Positions 51,401 to 63,715 of a stretch of 64,000 nucleotides of DNA are shown in pieces (position 1 is the first letter of the stretch; each line of letters begins with the position of its first letter). Location of the stretch: NCBI RefSeq assembly GCF_001194135.2, contig NC_068982.1, positions 48,210,538 through 48,274,537 on the forward strand, given 5' to 3'. The stretch is from Octopus bimaculoides. Lineage: Eukaryota. The position numbers and the translations under genes are program-made. The notes beneath the pieces were generated by a model. The model saw nothing but the letters and a program-made list of their open reading frames with translations, did no database searches and was not told the DNA's origin.

Positions 51401-52395
51401 GTACATATATATGACCTATAAATAAATACTACACGTAGAAATTAAATTTGGAATTGTTCAGACTGCTCACATTGGTGACAAATATATACACAGTGACATA
51501 ACAATGGGGAATGCAAAACTCCACTACCAACATTATATTATATTACAATTACTTCAGTGAAGGAAATTAAAAAAATATTAAAACTGGAAAGAAAAAAAAA
51601 AACAAAAAAAAATTGACCTGGAAATTTTGAAGAATCAAGATAATTCTACATGAAATAGCCAAATATTGTCCGAATACGAACTCCATATTTCACTATAATA
51701 GTACATTGTTAAATAAAAAAATAATCATAATTGTAATAAAATATTATAATGATAATATATATATGCACACATATATATTTACACACACATATAGGTACAT
51801 GTATATATACACACACACATATATACCCATACATATCTACATGCATACATATATGGAGGTGTACACTCAAACATATGCATACATGTACATGTAAACTCAG
51901 AGTATGTAATACTCCTACACCCATTAAACAATATACATAGAAGTATGTGTATATAGAAGTATCGACATCCAGACATAAATATGTATATAAACAAGAACAT
52001 ATACATATACACACATGTGCATACATGCTCATCCAAATGCACATAGTTATCATGGTTACAGGCATGCAAATGTGTATGTGTGCATGTATATGTAATGTCT
52101 CTGTGTGTGTGTACACACATACATGTGTGTGTGTGTTGAATTATTGAAACCTTTAGTATTATATTACATTTAATTATCTGTAGTAATATCAGTAGTAATT
52201 ACAGCAGTTGTTCCATAAGCGATAGTAGTAGTAGTTGTTAATAACAGATAGAGTAAATAAAGTTGAAATATTGTTATTGCTGTATAAAGAAATGTGAGGT
52301 TAAAATTTTCTGTCAGAATTTAGTAAATTGAATCAGTATTCTAAGATCGGAATTTCAGACTTCTGTGAAGCATCAGAATTGCAGTAAACCATTAA

Positions 52396-52623
52396 TTAAC
52401 CCTTTAGCATTTAAACTGGCCATATTCGGCCAAAATTTTCCATCTGTTTTATGTTCAAACTGACCAGATCCAGTCTCTGACACCCACTTTACAATGTTAT
52501 TCTAAAAATAAACAGTCACATCATTGAAATCTCAAAGCTACATGATAATGTATGATTAATTCAAACAAATGTGAATAATTAAACCTTATATTTCACAGAG
52601 TAATCTGAATGTGAAACGGTTAA
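52396..52623. mobile_element. TTAA-flanked MITE
   Basis: ttaa|ccctttagcatttaaactggcc ... tctgaatgtgaaacgg|ttaa. Confidence 0.78.
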
Positions 52624-54039
52624 TACATTAGCTCTGCATTTGCGCTCAAATTTTCCATGAAGGTTTTATTCCCAAAGGTGAAATGTATAAAATAAAGAAA
52701 TCTGTATTGCAGAGATAGCTGGGAGTTACATATACAGTAAATCTATTTGATGTGAGTTGCTCTTTATTTCGTAATCGGAATTTGAAATGCAGTTAGTTTG
52801 TCTTCATATGAGGTCTTTTGTTTCAAGAATTTAGGATTAGAATCCTAGTTCCATCATTAAAGGAAAGGTTTTGTAGCTATATTAGTAGTTCATGCAGCTA
52901 AGTAACATTTTTAAGTTCAACAGTATCAAGTCATAAAAAAAAGTGCTACTCAACTGATTTTTATGAAATTACTTATTAACATACTCCAAACTCTGACTCA
53001 CAGATGTACTATTTCCTCTCTGCCTTTTATACTCTTTACTGATAATGCAGTGTTCTTTGGTCCTCAGAGCTGAACAGTCTCATGCTACCTCCATTCAGGT
53101 ACTCCTATACATTTGTCTTTTTATTTTTCACTCATTGCTGATATCATGGCGCCTCTCTTCCCATACTAATTACTATATCCAGTTCCTTCTTCTTGGAACT
53201 CGACCCTATTAAATTCTGTCTCTGCCCATCTGTCTTAGGAACAACTCAGAAGTAATTAACTGCATCGAAATCAAAACTATCCAGATTTTAGTCTGGAACT
53301 GCCTGCAAAAGCCATGAGTATAGCCCCCCCATTCTTCCAGACAAAAATAAAACTATAAAAAATGTAATAATGAAAAGCATATTCTAAAAGCAACTTAGTT
53401 ATGTCATGCTAGCTACTTTCTCACTTCTAGTCACTTGTGTTTTTACTCCATAAGCTAATAAAATAAATACTTGGTGTTTACTTCGATGGATGGACAACTC
53501 CTACTCACCCCTACTAAACTATTCCTCTCAGTCAAGATAAATAATTATTATAACTGTTGCATAGAGCTAATTATAGCCTTTCTGCATTCCATCACATTTT
53601 GATCTTATCTTATCAACCCTGAAAGATGAAAGGCACAGTTGACCTAGCATGTTAACAATTCTGCCAGCTTGCTGCCTTCATATAAGTTATAATAATGAAG
53701 TCAAACCAAATAGTTATATTTTGACATCATTTAATATGTGTTTCATGTCTGTGTAATATATAAGAAATGCATCTGAAAGGTCTTACATAATAGATGTATT
53801 TTCTGTTATATGTTACACAGATCTGAGACATGTATTAAATGAGTTCAAAATATCACTATCTGGTTTGAATTCATTGTTACAACTAATATGACTCGATGCC
53901 AGTACAAACAAATCAGCCCAGACTCCACTTATGAGGATACTCTTACAAAGATTTGGAGAAGTTTGGTATATTTAACTTGAGTCAAAAATTCTGGTACCAT
54001 GCACTGCTTAGTGTGGCACAAAACATATCTATATATCTC

Positions 54040-54395
54040 TTTCACTCTTTTATTTGTTTCAGTCATTTGACTGTAGCCATGCTGGAGCATTGCCTTAGAG
54101 GGTTTTAGTCGAAGAAATCAATCCCAGGGCTTATACTTTGTAAGCCTAGTACTTATTCTATTGATCTCTTTTGCTGAACTGCTAGATTAGGGGACATAAA
54201 CACACTGATATCAGTTTGTCAAGTGGTAGTGTGGAAGAGACTTGCCCAAGGTGCCTGCGGTGGGACTGAGCCCAGACCCATGTGGTTGGGAAGCAAGTGG
54301 GAAGACTAACACAGACACACACACATAAATACATACATACATATATGTAGGCTCGAAACGTAAAAGACTTTCTCACTGAGCCATGCGCCTTCACA
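54040..54395 (-). mobile_element. SINE family A, internally rearranged
   Basis: Head segment (54235-54300) is placed before the cacacacac middle segment. Confidence 0.68.
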
Positions 54396-54764
54396 TATGT
54401 ATGTATATATNNNNNNNNNNNNNNNNNNNNNNNNNNNNNNNNNNNNNNNNNNNNNNNNNNNNNNNNNNNNNNNNNNNNNNNNNNNNNNNNNNNNNNNNNN
54501 NNNNNNNNNNNNNNNNNNNNNNNNNNNNNNNNNNNNNNNNNNNNNNNNNNNNNNNNNNNNNNNNNNNNNNNNNNNNNNNNNNNNNNNNNNNNNNNNNNNN
54601 NNNNNNNATATATATATATATATATATATAATGGTATTTTTATATAAGCTTAAAGCTTATGGCTATCACCATACAATGACTAAGGAAAATAGTCTAATAA
54701 AGGGACGTAGAAACCCTTGACAGAAAAAGAAGTCTTTCCTATCCACATCATGATCATCATCATC

Positions 54765-54900
54765 ACCATCATGATCATCATGATCATCATTTAAAGTCTG
54801 CTTTTCATGCTAGCATGGTTTAACTGGAACTGGTAAACCAGAGAGCTGCATCAGGTTCCAGTCTGATTTGGCATAGTTTCTACAGCTGGATGACCTTCCC
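54765..54900 (-). mobile_element. RTE 3'-UTR-derived fragment
   Basis: catcatttaaagtctgcttttcatgctagc..ctacagctggatgaccttccc. Confidence 0.65.
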
Positions 54901-55419
54901 ACTAGCATAGCTAGCGTGTGTCCCACTTGGGGTTATCCTTCTATTTGTCGCCCCCAGACCCCACAAAAAACACATATTGTCTACAGCAAACCCCCAAAGT
55001 GGTGCCCCCTTAACCCTTTTGTTACTGGATTTATTTTGAGCTGTTCTGTATTTCTTTCAATTACTTAAAATATTAAATATAACAAATAATTTAGTAAAAT
55101 CACTTCGTTATCATTAAGCTAGTGTTAGGTACATAAATAGTGATCGGAACATAAAATGACTAAGGTTTGGTGGAAGATTTTAATTTAAAACTTATGAAAA
55201 CAAAACATTTGTAGCCAGAGCCAGTTTCAGCCGGGTTGGTAACGAAAGGGTTAAAAGTGCTGTCGAGGGTGGACTTCCCCCCACCAACCTCCCACACTTC
55301 TAGCTACACTAGTGGCCCTCCCTAACACCATCTACTCCAAGAGTGTAACAGGTGCTTTTTACATAACACCGGTAATGACTGCAATTTCATAAGTGTTGTT
55401 TACATGATACTGGTAACAC

Positions 55420-55732
55420 CTTGTAGAATTTTAGTTGAACTAATTGACCCAGTGCTTATTTTCTTTTTAAGCCTGGTATTTCTGCTGAGTTCTGGGGATG
55501 TAAACACCAACACTGGTTGTCAAGCAGTGGTGGAGGACAAACACAAACACACACACACACGTATATGCAAGTCTTCTTTCAGTTTCTGTCGATCAAATCC
55601 ATTCATAAGACTTTGATCAACCCGAGGCTATATAGCAGAAGACACTTGCCCAAGGTGCCACACGGTGGGACTGAACCTGGAACTGAAAGGTTGGGAAGCA
55701 AACTTCTTACCACACAGCCACACCTGCACCTA
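55420..55732 (-). mobile_element. SINE family A starting about 24 bp downstream of the exon A donor
   Basis: cttaccacacagccacacctgcacc is the head in reverse. Confidence 0.78.
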
Positions 55733-55755
55733 TAACAAAAACATAACATACTTAC

Positions 55756-55893
55756 TTCCATGTCTTTAAGTTCTAAGTTAGATACAATATATTCTGGTTT
55801 AAAATCTTTTTTCCTAAGAATGACTTGGTGGTCACCGTACAGTCTAACGCTGGAGACATCTTCTGCATCTGGACAATACGGGGTTCCTTTGGG
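55756..55893 (-). CDS. Classical protein tyrosine phosphatase, coding exon A (most 5' exon found): PKGTPYCPDAEDVSSVRLYGDHQVILRKKDFKPEYIVSNLELKDME
   Basis: 138 nt = 46 codons. Minus-strand acceptor ttttttttataattctag|CCC, donor GAA|gtaagt, phase 0/0. Sits where the KCxxYWP...YG.I.V...Y.IR.L.L exon lies in classical PTPs and joins exon B in frame (DME|NNLVRKLKHYWY). Confidence 0.9.
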
Positions 55894-56059
55894 CTAGAAT
55901 TATAAAAAAAGTAGAAATAAAGATATTGATTAAACTCTTGTTTATGAAGCGTTTTTAAGAGAGGAAGCTAAAATAAATTCAAATGAAACAGGTTAAGTTT
56001 GTTTTTATGCAACAAAAGTCTTTGAAAATAATTACAATTACAAGTCTCTTAACCCCTTA

Positions 56060-56852
56060 GGGTTCGTTGGAGAGTGCTGCAGCCATGCAGAGTCTCTAGG
56101 TCAAGGAAGTCTGGTGGAGCCGATCCCTCTCCAGGCTAAACTCATTTCTACAACTGAGTGGACTGGAGCAACATTAAACGAAGTGTTTTGCACAAGAACA
56201 ACAGCAGATCACCTGGTCCAGGGATTGAAATCACAATCTTACAATCGTGAATCTAACACCCTAACCACTTGGTGATGCACCTCCACTAATGGTACTCATT
56301 TATACAGCCAAATGGACTAGAACAACGTGAAATGAAGAGTTTTGCTGAAGAACACTATGCATTGCCTGGTCCGGGAATCAAAACCGCAATCTTATGATTG
56401 TGAGTTCAACACCCTAACCACTAAGCCATGTGCCTCCACTTGAAAATAAAAAGCTCAGTTTAAGTATATATTATTCTGCTCTGTTTGGTGCCTATGAAAT
56501 TTAATACTCTACTATATATTCTGGCACTCTGTCGGTTAGGACAATGAGAGTTCCAGTTAATCCAGTCAATGGAACAGCCAGCTCACAAAATTAATGTGCA
56601 AGTGGCTGAGCACTCGACTGACATGTATATCCTTAACGTAGTCCTCAGAGAGATTCAGCATGACAGAGAGTGTGACAAAGTTAGTCCTTTGAAATACAGG
56701 TACTACTCATTTTTCATTTTTGCCAGCTGAGTGGACTGAAGCAATGTGAAATAAAGTGTCTTGTTTAAGGACACAATGCATTGCCAAGAATTGAACTCAC
56801 AATCTTACAATCATGAGCTGAACACCCTAACCACTAAGCAACACACCTTCAC
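56060..56852 (-). mobile_element. Cluster of SINE family E: two head copies in tandem (about 56133-56440) plus a full copy (56525-56852)
   Basis: Three occurrences of accctaaccact(aag)..c(a/g)cctcca or caccttca. Confidence 0.75.
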
Positions 56853-57437
56853 ATGAAATGTAATACTCTTCTTCTAAACTATGTAATGATTTGCAGTGCC
56901 ATAAGGTGGTTGCTGTCACAGAGCATGCTACTATCTCGAGTCTACTACTCTGTCGATATTATTTAAGTTATGTCTATTCATAATATAATTTCAACCTTAT
57001 TTAGTCTGGTTTTGAGTGTGTATTGCTAAATTAGAAAACATGATCAGATTATATTAGGATATAAAAAGAACTGAATTATTACAATGAAAATTTACCAACT
57101 TTATTGGAAGGTGTGTAGTGCTTACCTAAAACACTCAGAATCTATGCTCCTGATGATTTCTAACCTAAATCACAAGGCCAAACAGTTTGAGTGAAGTTAT
57201 AGTTGATTATATCAAACCTATCCTATCAAGTATTTAACCAATCCTATTGATCCTGCAAAGACGACTAGTGTCCTCATTTAGGTTGTTATAGTTACATTGT
57301 TTCAAAACTGAACACTTTAAGAAATCCACAGAAACAGATTAGTTTTATTTTTATTGTCCGTCCCAGGGATTTGTTTTATCATTTATTCTCCTATTTGTGA
57401 TGCCATCCTCATGCTCTCAGTTGAGAACATAAATGTA

Positions 57438-57658
57438 TACGAGAAGGTGCCAAAAAGTTCCTGGCTTTCAGGATATTGCGAAAGGCTTGGTTGGAGGCCC
57501 AACTTTCTGAGTTCTTTTACAGGGCTTAGAAAAACTGAAGGACTGTTGCAATAAGTGTGTGAATCTGAAAGGGGAATATGTTAAATAAAGTTGTAAGTAA
57601 CTGATCCTCCTGTATTTTCTTTTACGCAAAGCCAGAAACTTCTCAGCACCTTTTTGTA
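57438..57658. mobile_element. Mariner-type MITE, same family, opposite orientation to 9904
   Basis: TA|cgagaaggtgccaaaaagttcctggcttt ... aaagccagaaacttctcagcacctttttg|TA. Confidence 0.8.
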
Positions 57659-57914
57659 TGTAAATTGCATACCTCGGTGTACTTTATCAGGTACTTTACC
57701 AATTTTGTCACTCTACGGTCCCTTTTGTTTATATTGAACAACAAGACTGTTTTTTCTATTCACAAATGATTGTGTTTGAATTGCATCAGTAGTGCTTTAA
57801 GTATTCATTACCTTAAACAATTACTGGTAGTCTACTCCAAAATATTTATCAAAAACAACATACAAGTATACATATCTACATAGTGATGTACTTTTCTCAT
57901 TTATAAAGCTACTC

Positions 57915-58270
57915 TTTTTAACTTTTACTTGTTTCAGTCATAAGGTTGCAGCCATGCTAGGGCACCACCTTGAAGGATCTTTAGTCAAATGAATCAACCC
58001 AGTACTTAATTTTTTCTGCTAAGCCTGGTATTCATTCTATCAAATTCTTTTGCTGAACTGCTAAGTTATAAGGACATATTCACACCAACACTGGTTGTCA
58101 AGCAGTAGTGGAAGATGAACACAGACACTAAGACACACACATGCACACACAAATATATACGAGGGGCTTCTTTCAGTTTCCATCTACCAGATCTACTCAC
58201 AAGGCTTTGGTTGGCCTGAGGCTACACTAGAAAACACTTGCCCAAGGTGCCATGCAGTGGGACTGAACCC
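57915..58270 (-). mobile_element. SINE family A
   Basis: Reverse copy lacking the extreme 5' end. Confidence 0.75.
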
Positions 58271-59189
58271 AAAAATTATCTGGGTTATACCACATTCAAA
58301 TTAAAATTAATTTCTTGGTTTTATAGTATTTATCTAGCAATGAAATATTGTTAAAATGAACTAATGTGGGGCCATATTACAGGTTTGTAAAAATCAGCCT
58401 GCTGATGAAGCAGGTTTGCACTGACTATGCTGCATTGATAAGGTTTTATATGGTTGGAACATGTCCATTGCTGTCATTGTCTCCATTAACAAAGAGTAGA
58501 TTTTATCTAGATAAAGATTTAATTTTTCAAAATTAATTTTCAAATTCTCGAAATTATTTCCATATTTTTTCCTTGTAACATGAATGATTGCTGCTAGGTT
58601 TTTGGTTTCTTTCCTAATCAAAAAAGAAATCCCTATTAATTAAAGAAAATTTGTGTACCGCATTTGCTACACCAACGTCCATTTGATTTATCCATGCCAA
58701 TATTTTATTTGAGTTACTTCTCTTAAGTCAATTTTGTTTAATATTTTGCTAATTACTGCTGGCCTATAAACTTAGTAATCCTTCCTCTATATGTAAAAAC
58801 TCCTGTCAGCTGATCAAGAAGTTCATGCTATGCTGTACTACAAGGCCTAATAAGACAATATATATTTGTTTCGATTCAATCAGAGCTGACTAAGGGTTAA
58901 ATGATAGCAACAATATTGTTAAAAACATTCAATTATACAAATCTGAGAGAAAAAATATAAAGAAAAACACCCAACAAAAGATCATATTGAACAAATAATT
59001 AAAAAATAATCTGAGATTATTTGTTTTGAAACTGTAGGTATATTAACTGCTATTTTTCCATATAGTTTGAATGAGAAAATTAATTTCTCAACTAGGTCTT
59101 AAAACATTGTTTTAGATATTGGTTTCAACAAAAGGGTGAAGAATAAGTGATAGAATTGTATGACATGTATAACAAGATTTTTTACTGTT

Positions 59190-59354
59190 GGTGCAGGAGT
59201 GGCTGTGTGGTAAGTAGATTGCTTACCAACCACATGGTTCTGGGTTCAGTCCCACTGCATGGCACTTTGGGCAAGTGTCTTCTACTATAGCCTCAGGCCA
59301 ACCAAAGCCTTGTGAGTGGATTCGGTAGACAGAAACTGAAAGAAGCCTGTCATA

Positions 59355-59403
<49 letters not shown>

Positions 59404-59660
59404 ACATATATATACACACATATATATATATATATATATATGTATATATGTTTGTGCGTCTGTGTTTGTCCCCACACCATCGCTTGACAACCGATGCTGG
59501 TGTGTTTACGTCCCCCGTAACAAAGCGGTTCGGCAAAAAGAGACTGATAGAATAAGTACTAGGCTTACAAAGAATAAGTCCTGGGGTCAAATTTCTCGAC
59601 TAAAGGCGGTGCTCCAGCATGGCCGCAGTCAAATGACTGAAACAAGTAAGAGTAAAGAGT
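59190..59660 (+). mobile_element. SINE family A (tRNA-derived head, CORE-like segment, central (TA)/(TG) microsatellite), best-preserved copy
   Basis: A-box-like tggctgtgtggt, B-box-like ggttcagtccc, then ggcactttgggcaagtgtc, central microsatellite, and a tail aagtaagagtaaagag. Around 18 copies or fragments in the window. Confidence 0.85.
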
Positions 59661-60154
59661 ATGTAAAGAACAAAGATGTGAAACTATTTATGTTTATTTG
59701 TTCATGGTTTAATGTTTGGTTTTCCATGTAAATAAAGGTTGGGTGGAGACTTGTTTGAAACAGGATTTTGCTTTCCCCATCACCAACCCTTACCTGTTTT
59801 TTAAGTAGGAGATTTTCCTATTCCATGCGTCATCAAAAGTGCCAAGTGGCCAAACATAATGTCAAGAAGGTATGTGAATATCACATCACTATTTTACTCA
59901 GGCAGCGACAAGTAAAGCCATGAGATATCACCATTCATACACATTCACTTGCACAACCACACATGCACACATGCACATACAATAGGTTTCTTAGATAAGT
60001 ATATCCATAAGGCATTATTCAGCCTAGGGCTATAATAGAAGATACTTGTCAAAGGTATTGCATAGTAGGACAGAATCCAAAGCCACATATATACATATGT
60101 TATGTGTGACTGCATGTCTGTATATAATTGGATTACACGATAATAGTTACAATA

Positions 60155-60360
60155 TTTGGCACAAGGCTAGCAAATTTGGGGAGAAGCTAAGTCAGTTAAA
60201 TCAGCCCCAGTGCTCAAATGGTACTTGATTTATCGACCTCTGAAAGAATGAAAGGCAAAGTCGACCACGACAGAATTTGAACTCAGAAGATATAGACAGA
60301 TGAAATGCCGCTAAGCATTTTATCCAGTGTGCTAATGATTCCACCAGCTTGCCGCCTTTG
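60155..60360 (-). mobile_element. SINE family B
   Basis: Reverse copy. Confidence 0.75.
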
Positions 60361-61453
60361 GATTATCTGATAATATAGGCATGTTGTACAAGCTTGTCTG
60401 ACTACTATCTTATCAGAGGCATGAAACTTATAATAACTTACATTTAAATAGTATATTCATATCTATATATATATATATAATGCAAACTTACAGAAAACAA
60501 AAGATGAAGACAGATGAGGGAACAACAAGCAAGTGTATTAGTTTGATGCTTGGGAAGAATGGAAGAGTCTTTGACATTTTGAGCCTACACTTTTCAACAG
60601 ACAGGGTTGAGAGGGCAAAAATGGAGAGAGAAAAAATGTGTAGGGATTAATCGTTCAACAGGATAAAATGACCAGAAGAAAGAAGCTGAGTGAAAGGGAA
60701 ATAATAACAGTGACCAAGCTGAACAAGCATGATACATATATATATATATACATATATATATATGTAATCTATTCCTCTTAATTACATAGCCTTGATGAGT
60801 GAAATTGCTATGCAATTAGCCAAATTCACATGGGAGGCGATAAATTACAAGTTTCAACATATTGTTGGGAGTAACATATTATGGCTATGTTACATAAGCA
60901 TGAATTATGATAAAAGAATTTTTTTTACTGATAGGACATTTTATCTATGTAATTTGCTTATACTTCATTTAGTTAAGGTTCTTTCTTCCTTTTTATTTTG
61001 TTTTTCTTTGATATCTCTCAGCATGATCCCCTATGATGTTTTCCAGTTCTCCAGATTCATGGAATTCTGCAATAATAACATTCACACATTCTGACATAAT
61101 CGATGATAACAATTAGGGTTATGCAGGTTAAGAAAAAAAATTTAATCGGGTTAATCATAGGCTAATGTATTTGATAATGGAAACAACAAAATGATGGCCA
61201 TTCATTGCTTGATTCAAAACTAACCTTTAAAACCTTCTATACAAAATGAAGGAAGATTTATTTAACAATTTTATTGCACAATAAAATATACGCAATATAT
61301 ATACTACAATATTCCGTATGGTAAATGGATAGTAATTATATATTGAATATATTTAACTCATTTGACATTTTAGCTCATCATGAAAGTGAAAGTTACTAGT
61401 TTTTCTTTATATATCAAATAATTGGAATCAGCCATGTGTGTGTATGTATGTAT

Positions 61454-61488
<35 letters not shown>

Positions 61489-61959
61489 AGTCCACAGATG
61501 AGATCCAAAGATTTTCAGTACAGAAGACACTTATTAGTGCTCAAAAAGATTCAAACCTAGACTCTGAAGTCTTTACAGGGATTTACAGGAGATCAACATG
61601 GTAAAGAGTGGCTATAAGAGGGATCAAGTTGAGCAGATATACAACTGTTGGACTTATAACACCTTTCTTCTACCCCTCTAATTTTCTCTGTCATTTGTAT
61701 TCTGTGTAAGTTGGATCTATTAATATAAATATCTCAATATATGTTAAATCTCTGAACGAGGTACTTCACTTTATCTCAATATATTTCTACTTAAATATTC
61801 ATTGTCTGAAAGTCTCCATCTTTTGCTTTTTCTTGTTTTACATGTAAACATAAATACATAGTTTGTGTTTCATGCCCAAACTGTTATATTATATTTAATA
61901 TATCTAATTTGTTTATCCATATAATTGGCATATAATATATATATATCAGAAAGAATGAA

Positions 61960-62125
61960 GGTCCTTTGAAAGTCATAGGCTTAGAAGGCAGGTTTCCTAG
62001 ATTTTGTTGCATAAATATTCCTCCACTGGATGGGATGCTGGTCTGTTAGAGGATTACTCATTTTTGCCATCTGAGCAGACTGGAGTGACATGAAATGAAG
62101 TGTTTTGCTCAAGAACACTATGCTT
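61960..62125 (-). mobile_element. SINE family E fragment
   Basis: gactggagtgacatgaaatgaagtgttttgctcaagaacac. Confidence 0.6.
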
Positions 62126-62429
62126 CTCCTGCATACACAAATACATCTACGATGAGCTAAAAAGGCAAAGGTTTATGATTCTAGCTAACAAACAACTAAT
62201 GTTAAAGAGTTAAATTTATTCAATATTTCATTACTATCCATTTATCATACTGATTATTGTTGTATATGTATCATATTTTATTGTGCAATAAAACTCTTCA
62301 ATAAATCTTCCTTCGTTTTGTATAGAATGTTTTAAAAGGGTTTGTATGTTTGGAAGTTGGGAGGAATGTTTGTGTCTCCTTGTCTTGACATTGTATCATA
62401 GCTGCAAAACGTGTATTACAATCACAAAT

Positions 62430-62750
62430 GGTACTGTTTATATCCAGTTTCTTCTGAGGTGATGGTTGGCAACTGGATGGGCATTGGCTGTAGAAAATCT
62501 GCCGTGAACAATTCAGCCTGATGCATGCAAGTATGGAAAAAGTGTACATTAAAACTATGAAGATGATGCTGATGGGTGACAGCACCAGCGATGGTGCCAT
62601 GCAAAAAGCACACATAACTCTTTGTGAAGTAATTAATGATAGGAAGAGAATCCAGCATAGAGCAGCTCTTTAGCTTGTCAGTTTATGTTGAACTGCCAAA
62701 CTCATGCTAGCATGGAAAAAGGGAGATGTTAAATCATGATGATGATATAT
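62430..62750. mobile_element. Back-to-back RTE 3'-UTR fragments in opposite orientations
   Basis: Minus-strand tail near 62560 and plus-strand catgctagcatggaaaa..gatgatgat near 62700-62745. Confidence 0.55.
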
Positions 62751-63051
62751 ACATTTATATATATATCAATGTCGCACATATATGATTGTGATGCATGTGC
62801 CTGGTGTACCTTATCAGACAGGTAGTCATGATGGGTATGCTGGGCTTCGATGGCATGCATTTCTCACATTCAATAATAATGATTCATTGTAAAATAGGCA
62901 CCAGGCCTGAAAAATAATAATAACAACATAATTATTGTATAAAGTATTTCTTCTACATTTGTTCTTCTTGAGGAAGAGTTTAGTTAACTCTTATGAGGAA
63001 GCACTCCAGATGTAGAACATAAATAGCTTGATGCTATTCTAAGAAAAAGCT

Positions 63052-63165
63052 TTAACCCTTTAGCGTTCAAATTACTTAGTCATATGCAATGCTTGTTTAT
63101 TCACATGTTTTGAATTAATCATGCATTAACTTGTAGCTTCAAGATTTTGATGATGTGAATATTTA
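63052..63165. mobile_element. TTAA MITE, partial, reverse orientation
   Basis: ttaaccctttagcgttcaaattac..ttgaattaatcatgcatta..gtagc is the reverse complement of the right half of the family. Confidence 0.62.
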
Positions 63166-63680
63166 TGTTTAGAAGTGCATTGTGGGATCTGGACAGTTTG
63201 AACATAAATATTTGGGTCCCATTTGGCTGTTTTAAGTACAAAGGAATAGGAAGTTGCAACTGAAGCTGCAAAGACAGCATGTATTGAACATAAGAGAATG
63301 ACACAATATTTCAATTGAAAATATTGAAATCCTGATGTTGTGATCTGCAGTGAGTCAACATATACATAAAGCTATTGTTGAGGCACAAGAAGTTTCAAGA
63401 ATTCTGGGAATGCAAGTACAACAACAAATGAATATATATTGAGTTTGCTTAAATGTGAAGGCTAAAATAAATTTAACAACCAAGTATTCTTATAATCACG
63501 TGAGAAAATAAAAAAACATATTTGAGAAACAAGTTGATAAAATATTATGTCACTATGTTATGAATATTTTATTAGATTCTTGTCAGACATGGTAAATCTA
63601 GAATGAAATATTGTAGCTGTCATCTTCTCACCACCTGCCATGACATCTAGACAGAAAACAATATAAATTAAAGAGATTAC

Positions 63681-63714
<34 letters not shown>

Positions 63715-63715
<1 letters not shown>

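Noticed and set aside
57673-57760. Possible upstream PTP exon ending ..VTKLVKYLIKYTE|gtatgc in phase 0
   Set aside because: VTKLV resembles the IVMxTKL motif, but the frame has a TGA just upstream, no DFW or ATQGP motif, and no good acceptor.
58394-58621. 75-aa non-repetitive minus-strand ORF upstream of exon A
   Set aside because: No PTP or other motif and no convincing splice sites.
59190-59265. tRNA-like sequences with A and B boxes
   Set aside because: They are SINE heads continuing into SINE bodies; no complete cloverleaf, so not called as tRNA genes.
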